From: Lepidodermella squamata
Taxonomy: Eukaryota; Animalia; Gastrotricha
Assembly: GCA_047495785.1 (NCBI GenBank)
Contig: JBLDXI010000001.1
Span: forward strand, 2,914,001 to 2,978,000
Length of the DNA: 64,000 nucleotides
Direction of reading: 5' to 3'
The notes beneath the pieces are model-generated. The model worked only from the letters and a program-made list of their open reading frames with translations. It had not been told where the DNA came from and did no database searches. The position numbers and the translations under genes were made by a program. This document shows positions 1 to 12,863 of the stretch, in pieces. Position 1 is the first letter of the stretch; the number at the start of each line of letters is the position of its first letter.

Positions 1-613
1 CAGTGTGTCCACTCTGTGGCATGTAAAGCTAGCTACGTGTGTTCATGTATGTATGCGTGTGCGTATTAAATTTGTCTCCCCTCACTCGTGTTCAACTTCA
101 ACAGCGCACGCGGCAAAAAGATGCGCGCACGCGAAGAGGCAGCAAAAAATGACAACCATGCCGCCTTAAATATATATTTCATATACCTGCTACCGTTGCA
201 TATGCTGTTAGTTATATATGAACAAATCGCCTTAAGCGAATTTCTTCTTCTTTTTATGCAACAAATGCGCGTGGCGAGTGCAAAGTAATAAATCGCACCC
301 CGGCCCGGCCCGCGGTTCGCCGTAGACTTTTTAACTGGCCATCTAGGGTGAAGGGCGTTGATGAGTTGACAGAAGAAAAGCCACTTGCTGCCGCCAACTC
401 ATCACGCGCATAGATACTTGGTCGCCGCGCGGCGTCATCATCAAAAAACGCGATTTAAATCTCACTTGACACCGCCTTTCTCACTCAGACTTACAAGTGA
501 CCTTTGCGCGTAAAAAAACTCAAGCAACATGACAAGACTTTTTTTATTTAATCGGTTTACTTTTTTTCGCATAAAATAATCAATGTTAACACCAAATTTT
601 CATGTCAAGAGGG

Positions 614-1328
614 CTAGGCAGTTGGCGACTTTTTTGTCTGGGTAATCCCTCCGATTCTAGAAAGCGGCCAAATCTGACAAATGATGATACGATATTAAAA
701 AAAATATGTCAAAAAAATGCAAAAAATACCCTAAATACAACACGTCCAATAACCAGTTTTTCTGCCACTGGGCCGTAATGTCGCGAATCGATCGCTGAAC
801 CTCGATTGTCTCCTGTGACCCATAAATGCGATTTTTTCAGGGCAGCCTGAAATTTGAGATTAAAAAATATTAAAAATATTAATCTTCACAAACTTTATCT
901 TGAAGATCCCGCGTATTAGATATTACGCCATCCGGTGTGTTATGACAGCCGGTAACCCTCTTAACGACAACCTGGAGGGGATTGTTGGGTTTGCGGAGAA
1001 CAACAACGTCGTCTCTTAAAATACAAATTTCATCCTCAAAAAATTGGGGAAAATTGTAATTTTTTTATTACAACTGAGGCCGCCGTAGCCACCTTAACGT
1101 GATTCGATCGACCAAAACAAGGTCACCATCGTGCAGGGTTGGATACATTGAGTCACCCTCACACTACGGTAGAAAAAAAAACGAATTTTTTCGTAATTTT
1201 ATTTTTTTCGTCAAATTTACGTGCGCCAACACTGCGACGTGTTCGACGACGGCGTGAGCAGTCACAAAACCACCCAGTACAATCAAGGTGCCGTTTTTCA
1301 ACTTTGCCCAAATGCTTTTTCCGGCCAT
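614..1328 (-). CDS. IMMP1L: Mitochondrial inner membrane protease subunit 1 (peptidase S26), 5 exons, 165 aa; absent from the ORF track
   Basis: Exons 1328-1221, 1163-1072, 1014-894, 846-730, 673-614 join in frame across GT-AG introns. Product: MAGKSIWAKLK...CEGDSMYPTL (catalytic Ser)...DDVVVLRKP..VVKRV (catalytic Lys)...HLWVTGDNRGSAIDSRHYGPV...GRVVFRIWPL. IMP1 over IMP2 is a best guess from length and N-terminus. Confidence 0.9.
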
Positions 1329-3259
1329 TTTTTTCTTGTAACAATTATTATAATGCGCGCTTTAAAGGGCAACAAGTTATTAACACAATGCAGATAGCGA
1401 TTAGCCAATTAACTTGACGCTGCACGTCTTTTGTACGCAAATTACGTGCACTGCACTTGACATCGAGTGGCAATTCTATACCTACATCCACTGCCATGTA
1501 TTTAGCAGCAATTACACGAAAATTACAACTCGTTCCCAATTAACGTCACGCTTCACTAAACAAAAACTCGATGCTGGTAGATTACGTTGTACCGGTGCCG
1601 TGTCAGTTTACGAAAATTTAACACACTAAATTCAAATCATAAAGGAAGAAATAGCCAGTGTTTTACACCATCAATGACAGTTTTATTCGAATTATTACCA
1701 ATATTTTTTTTCATAGAAAACAACGGCGCGTTTCGCCTGCACTTCTCTTCTTCATCGAGTCATCATAATAATTCTGATTATAATTTTTTTTCATCATGTT
1801 GCTTTGAATAGCTGTACGTCCGGCCATCGAGAAAAAACGGCCAGAAATATGTCGTCATATTCTTTCAAGTTATTTTTTCAAAGAATATTTTTTTACATTT
1901 TTAAGCGAGACGAAGAACAAGAATATTTTTCAGAGGCATGTAGAATTTATAGATTATACGATATTATTTTTATAGGTAGCAAACAACACTCCCGAGTCGA
2001 AATTTTCCCGAAACAAAGATAGAAGCATGCTTTTCTAAGCTACGTGTTAACAGCAATATGTGATTAATCTCCAAATTCCCGCCTTTCCGAGCAGAAATTC
2101 GCGAAATTCAATGAGTGAGGTTGTTCATCGACGGAGAGTGTTTGAGAAATATCTTTTTCTAAACAATATTATTTTACTGCATATTATAATAATATAATAG
2201 GCATTTTATCAATCAAGATTTCAGGTGAGCCAATACAGTCGATGTCTAAAAGAATCGAACAAAGTCGAGAAATTCAATTATAATGTTCATGGAAGAGATG
2301 TCGCGTGTTGGTTCGATTTTTACGTGGAAAGAATGTTTGGAACAACAAAGGAATATTATAGTCAAATTTCACGAGAGACAACATTGTGTTTACTTACGAA
2401 AATCTGACGAAACAATTTTTCTCATTTTTTAAATTTGAAAGAAGAAGAGCAAAAATAAGGAGGAGAGTCGGTAAAAGAAGCGAGAAAAAAAATGAAATAT
2501 CAGTTTTTTTTTGTTTCAAATAAGCAGAAATTTCAATCGGTCGCAACGCAATTTATTTACATAAAAAAACGGTTAAGCCACCTTAACTAAACAAAAAACC
2601 TATAGTATAATAAGCATAATTCATCAACATCACATCTTCACTTTCAACAGGTATTAGATTTTCCTCTAAATATATTCCGTGGTAATGATATTTTCCATAT
2701 TAAAAGATTGTGTTAGCCAGATTTTGAAATCAATCAGCATTTCCGCTTGAAAAAAAACTGCCGAATTGTATATATCCACCGGGCAGGAGGAGCGGGCAAA
2801 TACATCAGTCTGGTGGCTCATCAAAGCAGAACAAACTTGACAAAAAAATCTTAATCTTCAACTCGCTTCAACAAATACAAACATTTTTTCACACACATAT
2901 TATTCTACCATTGCGAAGACCGCGTCAATTATTTACAGCCGATTTGTATTCGCAATCGCCTGGAGAGCATTTTAATAGTTTTCCATTTTTCAAGGTATAA
3001 AAAAGAACGTAGCCGATTTATTTTATATCAGGAGCAAGTGATGAATGAATGAAAAGGACTCGGAGATGATGGAGAGTCACGGAAAGAGTAGATTTTTTCA
3101 TTATATAATAGAGACTTTACAAGATCTGTCGCTAGAAAAATCCGAAAAATAATGGACTATTTTTCGGATTTTTCCAACAATTTTCAGGCACACCACTCGA
3201 TAGCTTAGAATAACGATGAAATATGCTGAACTAATTTTTACGGACTCAAACTACTTGGA

Positions 3260-6200
3260 CTACTGGATCGAGGACGAGTTGTGCAGCGAGATGGCCACGT
3301 TGATGCCTAGATTGTTGTTCTCGGCGAAGCGCCGCGCAATGTGCGCGTCGAACACGAGACAGTCCGACTCGGCTATTGCATGCGAGATGCCGTCGTGGAT
3401 CGACCGCGGCACGGCTTCCCACACGAGCCGCGACGACGCGTTCGAGAGTTCTAGTCGATATTTGAAATTTGTCGCCTGAAAAAAAAGAAAAATATTCATC
3501 AATTTTTTTCTTTAAAAACTGTATATAATAAGTCGATGCACGTCTCAGTAATGAGTTCATATTTTCAGTACCTAACCCACCATGCTTAGTGCATGAATCC
3601 TACCACTATGACATTTTCGAGCTTATCTGCTAAATGGCGGAAATTTTAATGGAAAATCCCTAACATTTTACGACTTTTTTATCAAATAGATTATCCACCT
3701 GATAGAATAATCGATAGCTATCTTTCCGAAGACTATCCATGCCCATTTCGCATGACGACATGTTTAATAGAGATTCGACAGGGAAAGTTGAGTGACAACT
3801 AAATTAGCATTCATTTCAAAAAATCAACCAACTGATCCAAATTATGGTTTCTGTTTAGTATCTTTGTCACAATGACTTCGCAAAATCAACTATATAATTA
3901 GAGGTCTATCTATCCCTCGAGTTTCCCGGTTTAGACCCTGATATGTATCCTGATATCCTGATCCTGTATCCTGTATCCTGATATGACCCTGATCATTGCG
4001 ATTTGAAATCAAATTTTACCGAAGCGGTAAAAAACCTCCATTTTAAGCAGCTCAGTTATTATTAGCTGCGTAAACTAGTTACGTATTAACCGATTTCAAC
4101 TATTCATTACCAGAATTTGGGATTCCCAAAGTTGTTGTGCATGCACTTGACGGCCTCCAGAATGATTTTTAAAGCTGGGTATTTTCTAACCATAACAGTC
4201 TAGCATTAGAAAAGATTCAGCGATCGATCCGGAGCTAGGGATCGATCGCGGATCCTCTGACCGGGAGGGCGCGTTTTCGCCACTGTGCCACCGCGCCACG
4301 ACGATAAAGAGGATCCGCTGAATCTTTTCTAATGCTAATACATTTCGCTTCACCAGCAAACTATTTCTCAGCTTTAAAAAACAGTCTACATTTTTACCCT
4401 CACTTTCTCTGGAACAGCTTTTATTGGCTTAAAATTTAAATCACGAACATCCGATATTTTCTAAGATTTTACAGCTCAATAACAACCTGAACATTTAGTT
4501 AACTTTCAACATTTTAGAATTATATCTCAGGTGATTTAAGTATTAAGCCTAATCAGTTTTTATCAATCGAACCCGAATTGCTCATCGAACCCCGCAAAAG
4601 GTTGCTCCATCACGTTTGAGAAAGTGTTTTTTAAGCAGCTCGACAGCTTAAATTTCAACGAGACATCTTTAAAGAAAAAGGCAAAATTTGGCCGAAATAG
4701 CAAGAAAAAAGGTCTCCACCCACCAAAATTTACACTCCTAGACTGCAATTTTAAAACCAAATCAAATTTTAAACAAGCTGGTTGAAAAGCCCAGCAACAT
4801 CATTTTCAGTCCTTAAAACCCCAATTTCATAGTCACTCGAATTACTGTTCAAGAAGAAATATTTCTGCATATTTTAATCCGTGTCAGGATATTAAAACAA
4901 TAGTTTTATCACCCTCAAGTTATATCCTCGAACTTTCACCAGCTATGGTTATTTCAATTTTTCAGGCCTGATTTCCACTTGAATGATCACAATTTCGGAA
5001 TGTTCCAAAAATAAACTCACTTGTCTCCTATTTCCAATGAGCTGCACAATAGCATAAAAGTTTTGGTGGCCGTCGTTGCGGTCCTGCTTCTCGAGCACCA
5101 GCATGAAGTGACAGCCGAAGCACGATTGCATCATGACCCAGTCGACGGCGCCCGGCAGGTTGATATCCGTCGCCAGGAACACGATATCCTCGCCGTTCAG
5201 CGTCGTTATATTGCGGTGGTCTTTCGTGAGGTGCGGCATCACCTCGTCGAGCGCGCCCAGCCACTTGCAGACGGCGCCCGGGCACGGGCACTGGTACGGC
5301 CGGTAGTCGCACTGGTCCTCGTGTTCGATCTTCTCGCGGTAGTGCATCGTGCGCGGGCACGAGTTGCTCGAGTATTTGCACGGGAACATCACGTCCTCGG
5401 CGAGGCGGTCCATCGCCAGGTTGCGCACGTTGCCCAGCTGGCCGCGGCACGACGGGCACGACGCGAGCTTCGTACGGCACGGCCCGCACACGATGTGGCC
5501 GGACAGGCACTGCATGATGGGCGGCAGGGCGTAGTCGAAGCACACCGGGCACTCGAACAGACTCGCCAGGTTCTGCTGGCCGTTCTGGCCCTGTTGACTA
5601 GCTGCTGCGGCGGCCGCCGCCGCGGCTGCCACTGCGACGTTCGTACTCGCCGATATGACTAATAAATAAACAAAATAACCGCATTTCAAGACAACTTCTC
5701 AATGGCTCGATTTGAAAGTGGGTTTGGTTATATCGTGGAATTTTCAAGAAAATTCGGGAGAAAAAGATTGGCAGCCCGTTTTCCTTAGGATCCCAAATAT
5801 TCGAGATATAAAAATGTAGGATGCTTCCATCCTTCTTGAAATAAGGTAAAACTTTATGAAATGGCCAAATTTTGTGAAATAACAATTCTTCTTTTGAAAA
5901 CTATGGATTATCGCCAAAAATGTGTACAACGAAGTAACCGCCGGCACGATTAATAGCTGTCCCTCTCGAGATAAGTTGAATTTTTTGTTGAGTTAACAGC
6001 TGACAAGGCTCATGTTACACCTTCGCTCCAAGACTTTTTCTTTATCTGAAAGAACGCCTAAATCGATCCCTCATCATTGTTTCTGTGTGTCGAACTTTGA
6101 TGAAGAACCAGCTTGAATTTCTTAGATCTTTAAATTATCAGCTTTAGATCACTGATTTTGTTATTAATGGATGCTAGCATTTACGAAGCAACCAAGTTGG

Positions 6201-7213
6201 AAAATTCGGGTGAGGCTTTTTTTCATCCGACAATCAAAAACGTAACTAAAATCATCCAACATGAAAATATCCATTTTCTTGATTTTCCCATAGGGCCATA
6301 GCCCTTTTATGCACCCTATTTTGGTCCCTGAACCCGCAGAATTTACGGTGAAAGATTTATGGCGATCTGAGTACACTTGTTTACTGTAATTTTTAGAAAA
6401 TATGAAAAAGCTAGTTGGCCGGTGTTGGACACATTTTTGGTTGTCGGATAAAAAAATTTTCCCCGAAAATTCATTGGTGCTTGTTTCGGCTGACACAGAT
6501 AGGTATTCTTCCCGGCTAGTGACGAAAATGGCGGGTGCAGAAATTCCCTCAAAAATTTTCACCGGGCTAAGAAACGTTCGCGATCAAATATCGCTACTCA
6601 ATCCTCAAAAACATTCCTTCATTCGTTGGTCTAGATGTTTAGCTTGGTGTCTATGCTCCAGGAACGGCTGCTTAGTTTGCTATATCACATAACGTCTTTA
6701 AAAAATATCTTCACCCAAAAAATCTGCCCCTATATCTGTTTCCTGAAACTCTTTGATTATCATGACTAGATATTCAATCGTTCAATCCAAAAGTTGAGAT
6801 ATTCATTGCCAATTGTATGAGAAAACCTGATCCGACATGTTGTAGATAATTCTCAAATTCTTGAAATCCCATCTAATGCTTCTAATATTTCGATCTTCGA
6901 TACCACAAAATTTCATCAAGTTCTAGACATATCGTAGAACTTCGAAATATAAGGATAAAAATGCTGTTTCCATGCCTTTGTGAGCTCTAACGAAGTTGAG
7001 ACCCAAGAACCAGTCCAATTTCCGATTTTATATAACTCAATATTCGGAAAAGCCCCGAGGCAAATTTTGAAAAAGGATAATTTTGATGAATCGAGAATTC
7101 CATACGATGTAATTCAATAAAAACTTCACAAATCACCAACCTGAAGTTTGCATGATTCGATCGGCCGGCAATGCCGCCATCGGATCGACTCCTTTCTTCG
7201 GAGGATCGACCAT
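3260..7213 (-). CDS. SIAH1: E3 ubiquitin ligase Siah/Sina, 3 coding exons
   Basis: Exons 7213-7141, 5658-5021, 3475-3260. RING ([23 protein letters not shown]), zinc fingers (FPCKY..C, CPCPG..CKW) and the substrate-binding domain ([47 protein letters not shown]). Poly-Ala tract before the RING. Exon 1 is inferred from a phase-1 join. Confidence 0.96.
3934..3994. repeat. Degenerate short tandem repeat (ATCCTG/TATCCTG units) in a Siah intron
   Basis: gaccctgatatgtatcctgatatcctgatcctgtatcctgtatcctgatatgaccctgatc. Confidence 0.7.
4201..4337. mobile_element. Hairpin element: 22-bp perfect inverted repeats enclosing a tRNA-derived SINE-like head
   Basis: TAGCATTAGAAAAGATTCAGCG (4201-4222) is the reverse complement of 4316-4337. 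The interior minus strand reads GGCGCGG-TGGCACAGTGG (A box)...GATCGATCCC (B-box-like)-TAGCTCCGG. Confidence 0.65.
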
Positions 7214-7691
7214 TGTGCTACACCGCGATCGATGTCAGCACGGGGATGAGCTACGCTGATAGCGCGTCTTTCAACTTTTTAACACACCTACAAAAATTAA
7301 CAAAAAAACAATCAGTTACAAATCAGAAAAATTGTCAACAGCGTTTTAGTCGTCTCGAGAACTTTTTCCATTTTCAGCATGTTAATATGATATTGCAAAA
7401 ATGCATAAATGTAGATATAGATTTATATGTAGAGACGTTGAATAACGATAGAGAGCTTTACACATCTGAATATTATCTTCATCTGTCACAGAGCTAAACA
7501 ACCAGAAACAAACGTAGGGGAGAGGAGAGGCTCGATTTTTTAAATCTAGCGCGAACCAGATTAATTTTCGTAGAAAAGAACACAAACCACATTTCATTCA
7601 TTCAACATCGACACGAGCTGATGATCGAAAGACTGGGTTAAAAAGAGGCCGGTATTTTTAGCGCATTTCGAATGCTGCTACTGCTGCTGAT

Positions 7692-9998
7692 TCAAGCTGC
7701 GAATCTTTGCATACGGTGGTAGGAAGTTGGCGGCGGACTGTACTTCGACTCGGTCTTGTAGTACTCGGTCACGATCAGTTTGATTAGAAACAGGTGGAAG
7801 ATGACGATCAGCAAGATTATTGCGACCCAAAAAATGGTCGGAAGGCCGCCAAATTGATGGCCGTGTTTGTGTAGGGCTATCACATCATCCTCATGAGCGG
7901 GCGCTGGATTAAAACAGAATGCGCAAATTAGTTAAATTCCAAATTGAAACGTTCAAGAGCCAAAAATCCCTTATTATTCTAGAATCTCATACGATGAACT
8001 AGTGAGGATTCCTTAGTGCTGAATAACTCATAATTTACTGCTGAATCCCGTGATTGAAGATAAGAAAAATGGGCTAATCAGGCTAATCTAAAAGGAATTT
8101 CGTTCATCTAGGACTTATCGCCCAATTCAAATCAATTTTATTAAGCACTTGTTCCGTCATTACCTTCTTGAATATCGTTGAAATGAAGCGCGTCTTTCAA
8201 CTCCTCGATATGTTGTTTATCACTCGTAATGTATAGAATCGGCATAACCGGATTGGTAAGTTTTACAGGAAATCGAACCGGCGTTTGCCCTAATAAGACC
8301 GGGGCGTCCAGGCAACCCGCATCACATGCGTAGTAAGACGTCACATCGCCGTCGACCGAGACGTAAAGTTGCGCCTTGTTGTCCTCGCCCATTTGCACAC
8401 TGATATTCAGCAAATGGTGCGAACCGTAAGGAATGCCGCGGAAGTGCATTAAATCACGATGTAATTCCGATGGGTGAATTGTGAACTCCAGATGGTGAGA
8501 TGTGAAATGTAACCCGCCGAAGCTTAATACCATACTGGTTATTACGCCTTCAGCACCCGTAGCCACTAGATCACGACAGCCGTGTTTTTCGAGGGTAATA
8601 GCCCATCTTCGGACGAAATCGAAGTATTCTTCTATCGTATTAGGCAATTCCCATAACCGAGTATGTTGCCTATGAAAATTCATGTTAATGTCGTGCTTTC
8701 ACAAATTTCCAAGACTCACAATGTGTGGTGATCATCGTAGCACTTATCAGCGTCGAAAAAGACTTTTTCGGCTCGTTCCTTCGCGACGGGTTTCATCAAA
8801 CTCATCGTTTGATAGTGAGCAGCTACATAGCTTAGAGTGAGATTCACTCGATCGCCGTTTACGGCATTCGGGGCTTTCGAATGCGAAATTCCGAAGCCGG
8901 TCCGGAAAATCTAAATTAAACAAACCGTAAAATCAGTAAGTAAATCGGCATTTACTTACGGTTCTCGAAATTTCCACGTGCTTTCTGAACAAAGCTTTCG
9001 AATCGCTCAGCGTTTTCAACAATTGATTCAATGAACGATCATTTTGAACTGATTGCTCTTTTTCTTCAGCAGGACTCATACTGAGAGGCGCGTCGTCAAA
9101 ATGAGTGTAATTCGCAAGGGTAATAATGGTATAAGTTTCACTCTTGTGAGCTTGAACTAATTGCTCTTCGGACGATGGCAAGCCGCTTTGAAGAACGTGA
9201 ATGAAAGTGCTATTGCGACTGTCTGGAACATCGACGTGAACTTTTCGAGTATGAAATAATTTTGATTTGTCTGCCGAACCGGACGGAGTAGCGTAAGCAG
9301 CAAGGGCTGATTCGCCCAAGCCGCCGCTTTGACTAGCGCTGTTCTGACGACGCAGTGCGACTTTCAACGGGGTAGAAGATGGATTTTTCACCGTAATCTC
9401 CTGAACAATTAAAGACGGAATACTACGATGCGCGTACACTTTGTTCGTAATTGTAACGGGGTGATCAAGTCCGATGAAACATTTTATCGATTGAACATAA
9501 CCATCCGCCACGTGAGTCATATATACTTGTTCGCTTTTGTCAAAAGAAGGGCTTATTATATCAGCCTGGTAGAGAATTCCAGCTCCAGTCGGCACCGACA
9601 GAGTTCGGTGATGTTTGATATAAAGCTGGCCATTTAACATAGAAACTAAGACAAGTCCATTCCCAGAAACGGGCATGGTTCGATAACTCTCGGATTCCAT
9701 CAGAGGATTATGCACGTAAACCGCATCATTGGACAACAGGGCAGCCTCGTAAGCATGTAATTCACCTTCCATACAAGAAGCGATGTGTCCAGACCGAACC
9801 CATCGAGTCCATCGGAAAAATGCGGGGAAGCCGTACATAACGAGGAACAGCCCGATAAGTACTCCGAACAGAGCATAACGCATGCTAAAATTGATGTAAA
9901 ACATTCAAAAAATCCGATTTTAAACATGAAATGGCTTACTTATTTCCGCTGTTGCGTATCACCAACAGCTTTTGGACTAAGGCACCAAGTTTACTCAT
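7692..9998 (-). CDS. KIAA2013: KIAA2013 (DUF2152) homolog, 5 exons, N- and C-terminal TM segments
   Basis: Exons 9998-9940, 9884-8960, 8910-8720, 8669-8164, 7903-7692 join in frame. Motifs AHRSIPSLIVQEI, VNLTLSY, CYDDHHTL..LW, GAEGV..MVLSFGGL, YACDAGCL, PILYIT, GLPTIFW..IFHLFLIKLIVTEY. Confidence 0.9.
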
Positions 9999-11334
9999 TT
10001 GAGAAAGCGGGAACGTTATCGATCTTCTTAATTTAACTCGGAAGATTCTGAATAGATTTAGCAGCACGGAAAACAGCATGGAGCAAAGGGGAAATGCATG
10101 AGCATGTAGCGCTTTCAATATGTAACAATTTGAAGCACATGAATCTATGGAAAAACAAGGGACAGCATAAATGAATCAATATGACAAATGGGACAAGAGA
10201 CGTCCTCTCATTCAAACAAAGTGAACAAGGCAAAGCGAGGGGCCTTGAAAACTGAAAACTGTCGAGAAAATCAGTATAAATGTGTAAAGATCTTAAAATT
10301 TTGCTATTAAAATCAAAGAAGACTTCTCCTTACCATCAAACAATTCGCCGAAGCAAACCATAATAAGAAATAGCCTGTAACAACTAATCATTAACTGGCA
10401 AAAATATGTCAGCTATCACTCCGAAGAATTTACAGAAATCTTCCCAGCCAAAGAACACTTCATCTGGCACTCAGTGCATAATTCACACTGAGTTCATACC
10501 TTCAACAACCCTCGTCTAGCTCGCAAAAAACACTGACCAAAAGCCGAAAAAGGGTGATGCCAAAAAACGATTTCTTGGGCACTTGGTCAAGGACAATTAC
10601 AAAGTTTTAGCAAAATGAATAGGAATTTTTAACGCTGAACAGTTTTCGAGCATCATATGCATTTTTATTTTGTTGAATTTTCCTGCGGCAAAGGCGCGGG
10701 CGCGGGTAACGTTTTTCGTTTTCGTTGAGTTAGTTTCGTGACGGGCCTGTTGCCTTGTCAGTTTGTAGAACGTGCCGCCTCGTATGCTAACGTTGGGCCA
10801 CTGGCCCTTTGCTCTCAGTAAAGAGTAGATAGAACTGAGGATGCGTTTGGTTTGTAGCCTCATATTATCAATCTATCGTTGATCTTTCAGTGTTAGTTTA
10901 AGCTCATAGTAACTGGGAAAGGCAAGGAAATGTTGTATCCTGTCCGATTTATGTTTCACCTCTCGTACATTATTTTAATCTTGCTACATTTCTTTGATGT
11001 ATCAATTAAGCTGATTTTCTCTACATCTGACGCGCTGCGGAGAACCCATTCAACATGAGGCTTCAGACAATTTTCAGAGTTGCGGGTTGCGGATTCCTTG
11101 TCTTGCCAACACACCCTTGCCCAAACTAAGTTAAGTGTAACATTTATCATAAAATCCTATGACTTTCTATTACCGGGTGATTCCACTTAATACTTATTCA
11201 TCCTGCAATTGCTTCCACATTTCACAAATCCGATGCCACGCTTCACAATTCAGTGATTAATACTCTAAATTGTGTTTTAAATCTAGGTCTAGGATCTTGA
11301 ATTTATACTTATTTCATCCGACACTGCGTTTAGA

Positions 11335-12657
11335 ATGGCTTCTGTGGTTATCGATGCCAGCGTCCAGCAGTATCTGAAATCCCGCTCTGCAGACAAAGAG
11401 CCTTTGTGTTTTCTGACTGTTGGCATTCTTGCTGGAGAAAATGTCTTGATTACGGCTCTAGAGCCAATCTCAGCACCCGCAGGCGCATGGCCTGTCGAAG
11501 CTGCTATTTTAGCTACGGGGAAAAAACTGCGGCGTCGCCTGATCGGCAACGCATTTATTTTCGGGCTAACCTATTCATCGCCTGAAGAAATTAAAACGAA
11601 TTCTTCTATCATGTCCCAAGCTCAGTCAAACATCGGAGCCGTTAGAGCCGCATTTGAAATCAATGCCAAACTTATTGAGCCATTCTATGCTCGTAAGCTT
11701 CTGTTCGAGCGGTGCAATTTGCTGATCTTTCACAGCCAAGCGAAGAATACGATTACATGCCGCTCTTTTCCAGATTCGAAAAATGTCGACAGCACCGTTG
11801 TCGATTTGAGCTCACGTGGTAATTGGATGAAAGCGATTTGCCGCATTAATATAAACACGAATTCAGTGAGCTTGGTATCGCTCGAGGAGAGTGAATCATC
11901 GCGCTCAGTTCATCGAATGCTCGACGATGTTCTGACTTCGATCTTCGGTGATTTATCGCAGAAAAACGCCCGTTTTCGTGCGGTCGGCAAAAACCTAACA
12001 ATCAAAGCGGACGATGATTCACCACTCGCAAATTTGTTTTCAGCACCGCCCTATTTATCGGAGGTTGAATTGATGTGCCAGCCATTTTCGCGCAGTAAAG
12101 TTTTTCAACACACTGAAGACGCGGAGTATTTCAGAATAGCGGTTGCCGGCGACATTGAAGCCGCTGTCTGCCTTCATTCGAAATATTCAAACTCATCTGA
12201 CTTGTACAATGGCCTTATTTGCGATATAATTTTCACGTTATCGGACCTTTTCTCTTCTTCCCTGAAGACCTTTGAAAAAGATGTTGAAGAAACATCGGAG
12301 GATTACAGTTTGTTAACCCTCCCTAAGCGAAATTTGCCGAAAGTCGACATACCCGGTGAAGAGAAGGGTGATCTGTTGAACTGGTGCGTTGCTTCGTACG
12401 AGGTCGATACTGCTTCAGATTTGGAATACATTTTCCACCGCGATAAAATCGTGAACGATCTGAGAAAAGAGCCGAAATTCGCTAAACCAGTTGCTCGAGG
12501 CAGCAAGAAAGCCGCTAGCAATAACGACTCGGTATCACTTGACAATCTGTCATGCTCGACTTCATACGGCGCTGCAATGTTCTTTTTGGGTGGATTCGTC
12601 CTGGTGATTGTCGCGCTCTTCATTCAAAGTTTTCTGCCTCACCTCGATGAGGAGTAG
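11335..12657 (+). CDS. ODR4: ODR-4-like ER tail-anchored GPCR maturation factor (single exon, 440 aa)
   Basis: N-terminus MASVVIDASVQQYL..LCFLTVG..VLI resembles the ODR-4 start. Length matches, and there is one C-terminal TM helix (AMFFLGGFVLVIVALFI). Divergent. Confidence 0.65.
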   Translation: MASVVIDASVQQYLKSRSADKEPLCFLTVGILAGENVLITALEPISAPAGAWPVEAAILATGKKLRRRLIGNAFIFGLTYSSPEEIKTNSSIMSQAQSNIGAVRAAFEINAKLIEPFYARKLLFERCNLLIFHSQAKNTITCRSFPDSKNVDSTVVDLSSRGNWMKAICRININTNSVSLVSLEESESSRSVHRMLDDVLTSIFGDLSQKNARFRAVGKNLTIKADDDSPLANLFSAPPYLSEVELMCQPFSRSKVFQHTEDAEYFRIAVAGDIEAAVCLHSKYSNSSDLYNGLICDIIFTLSDLFSSSLKTFEKDVEETSEDYSLLTLPKRNLPKVDIPGEEKGDLLNWCVASYEVDTASDLEYIFHRDKIVNDLRKEPKFAKPVARGSKKAASNNDSVSLDNLSCSTSYGAAMFFLGGFVLVIVALFIQSFLPHLDEE

Positions 12658-12863
12658 AAATGAAAAAATTGCATGACTAACATTTCATGTTTTGAAGGCG
12701 TGTGACGTTTTTCTAAAAGAATAACGGTGACTCATGGTCTTTACACTATATAACTTATGATGGCAAGAATTATTTTGGTCTGGGCAGTTTAAGAATAGTT
12801 TTTTTTCACTATTTTTAGTTGTGCTTTTAAAGTTTATTGATTGTGATTAATTCCGTTTAAACA

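Noticed and set aside
4229-4297. Functional tRNA gene
   Set aside because: A and B boxes are present, but I could not build an acceptor stem or cloverleaf; treated as SINE-like.
5021-5662. 213-aa plus-strand ORF and other overlapping frames on Siah exon 2
   Set aside because: Shadow ORFs caused by high GC3 codon bias; their limits coincide with the Siah exon.
6164-6692. Overlapping 70-132-aa ORFs in Siah intron 1
   Set aside because: No domain signal; probably an unclassified repeat whose ends I could not define.
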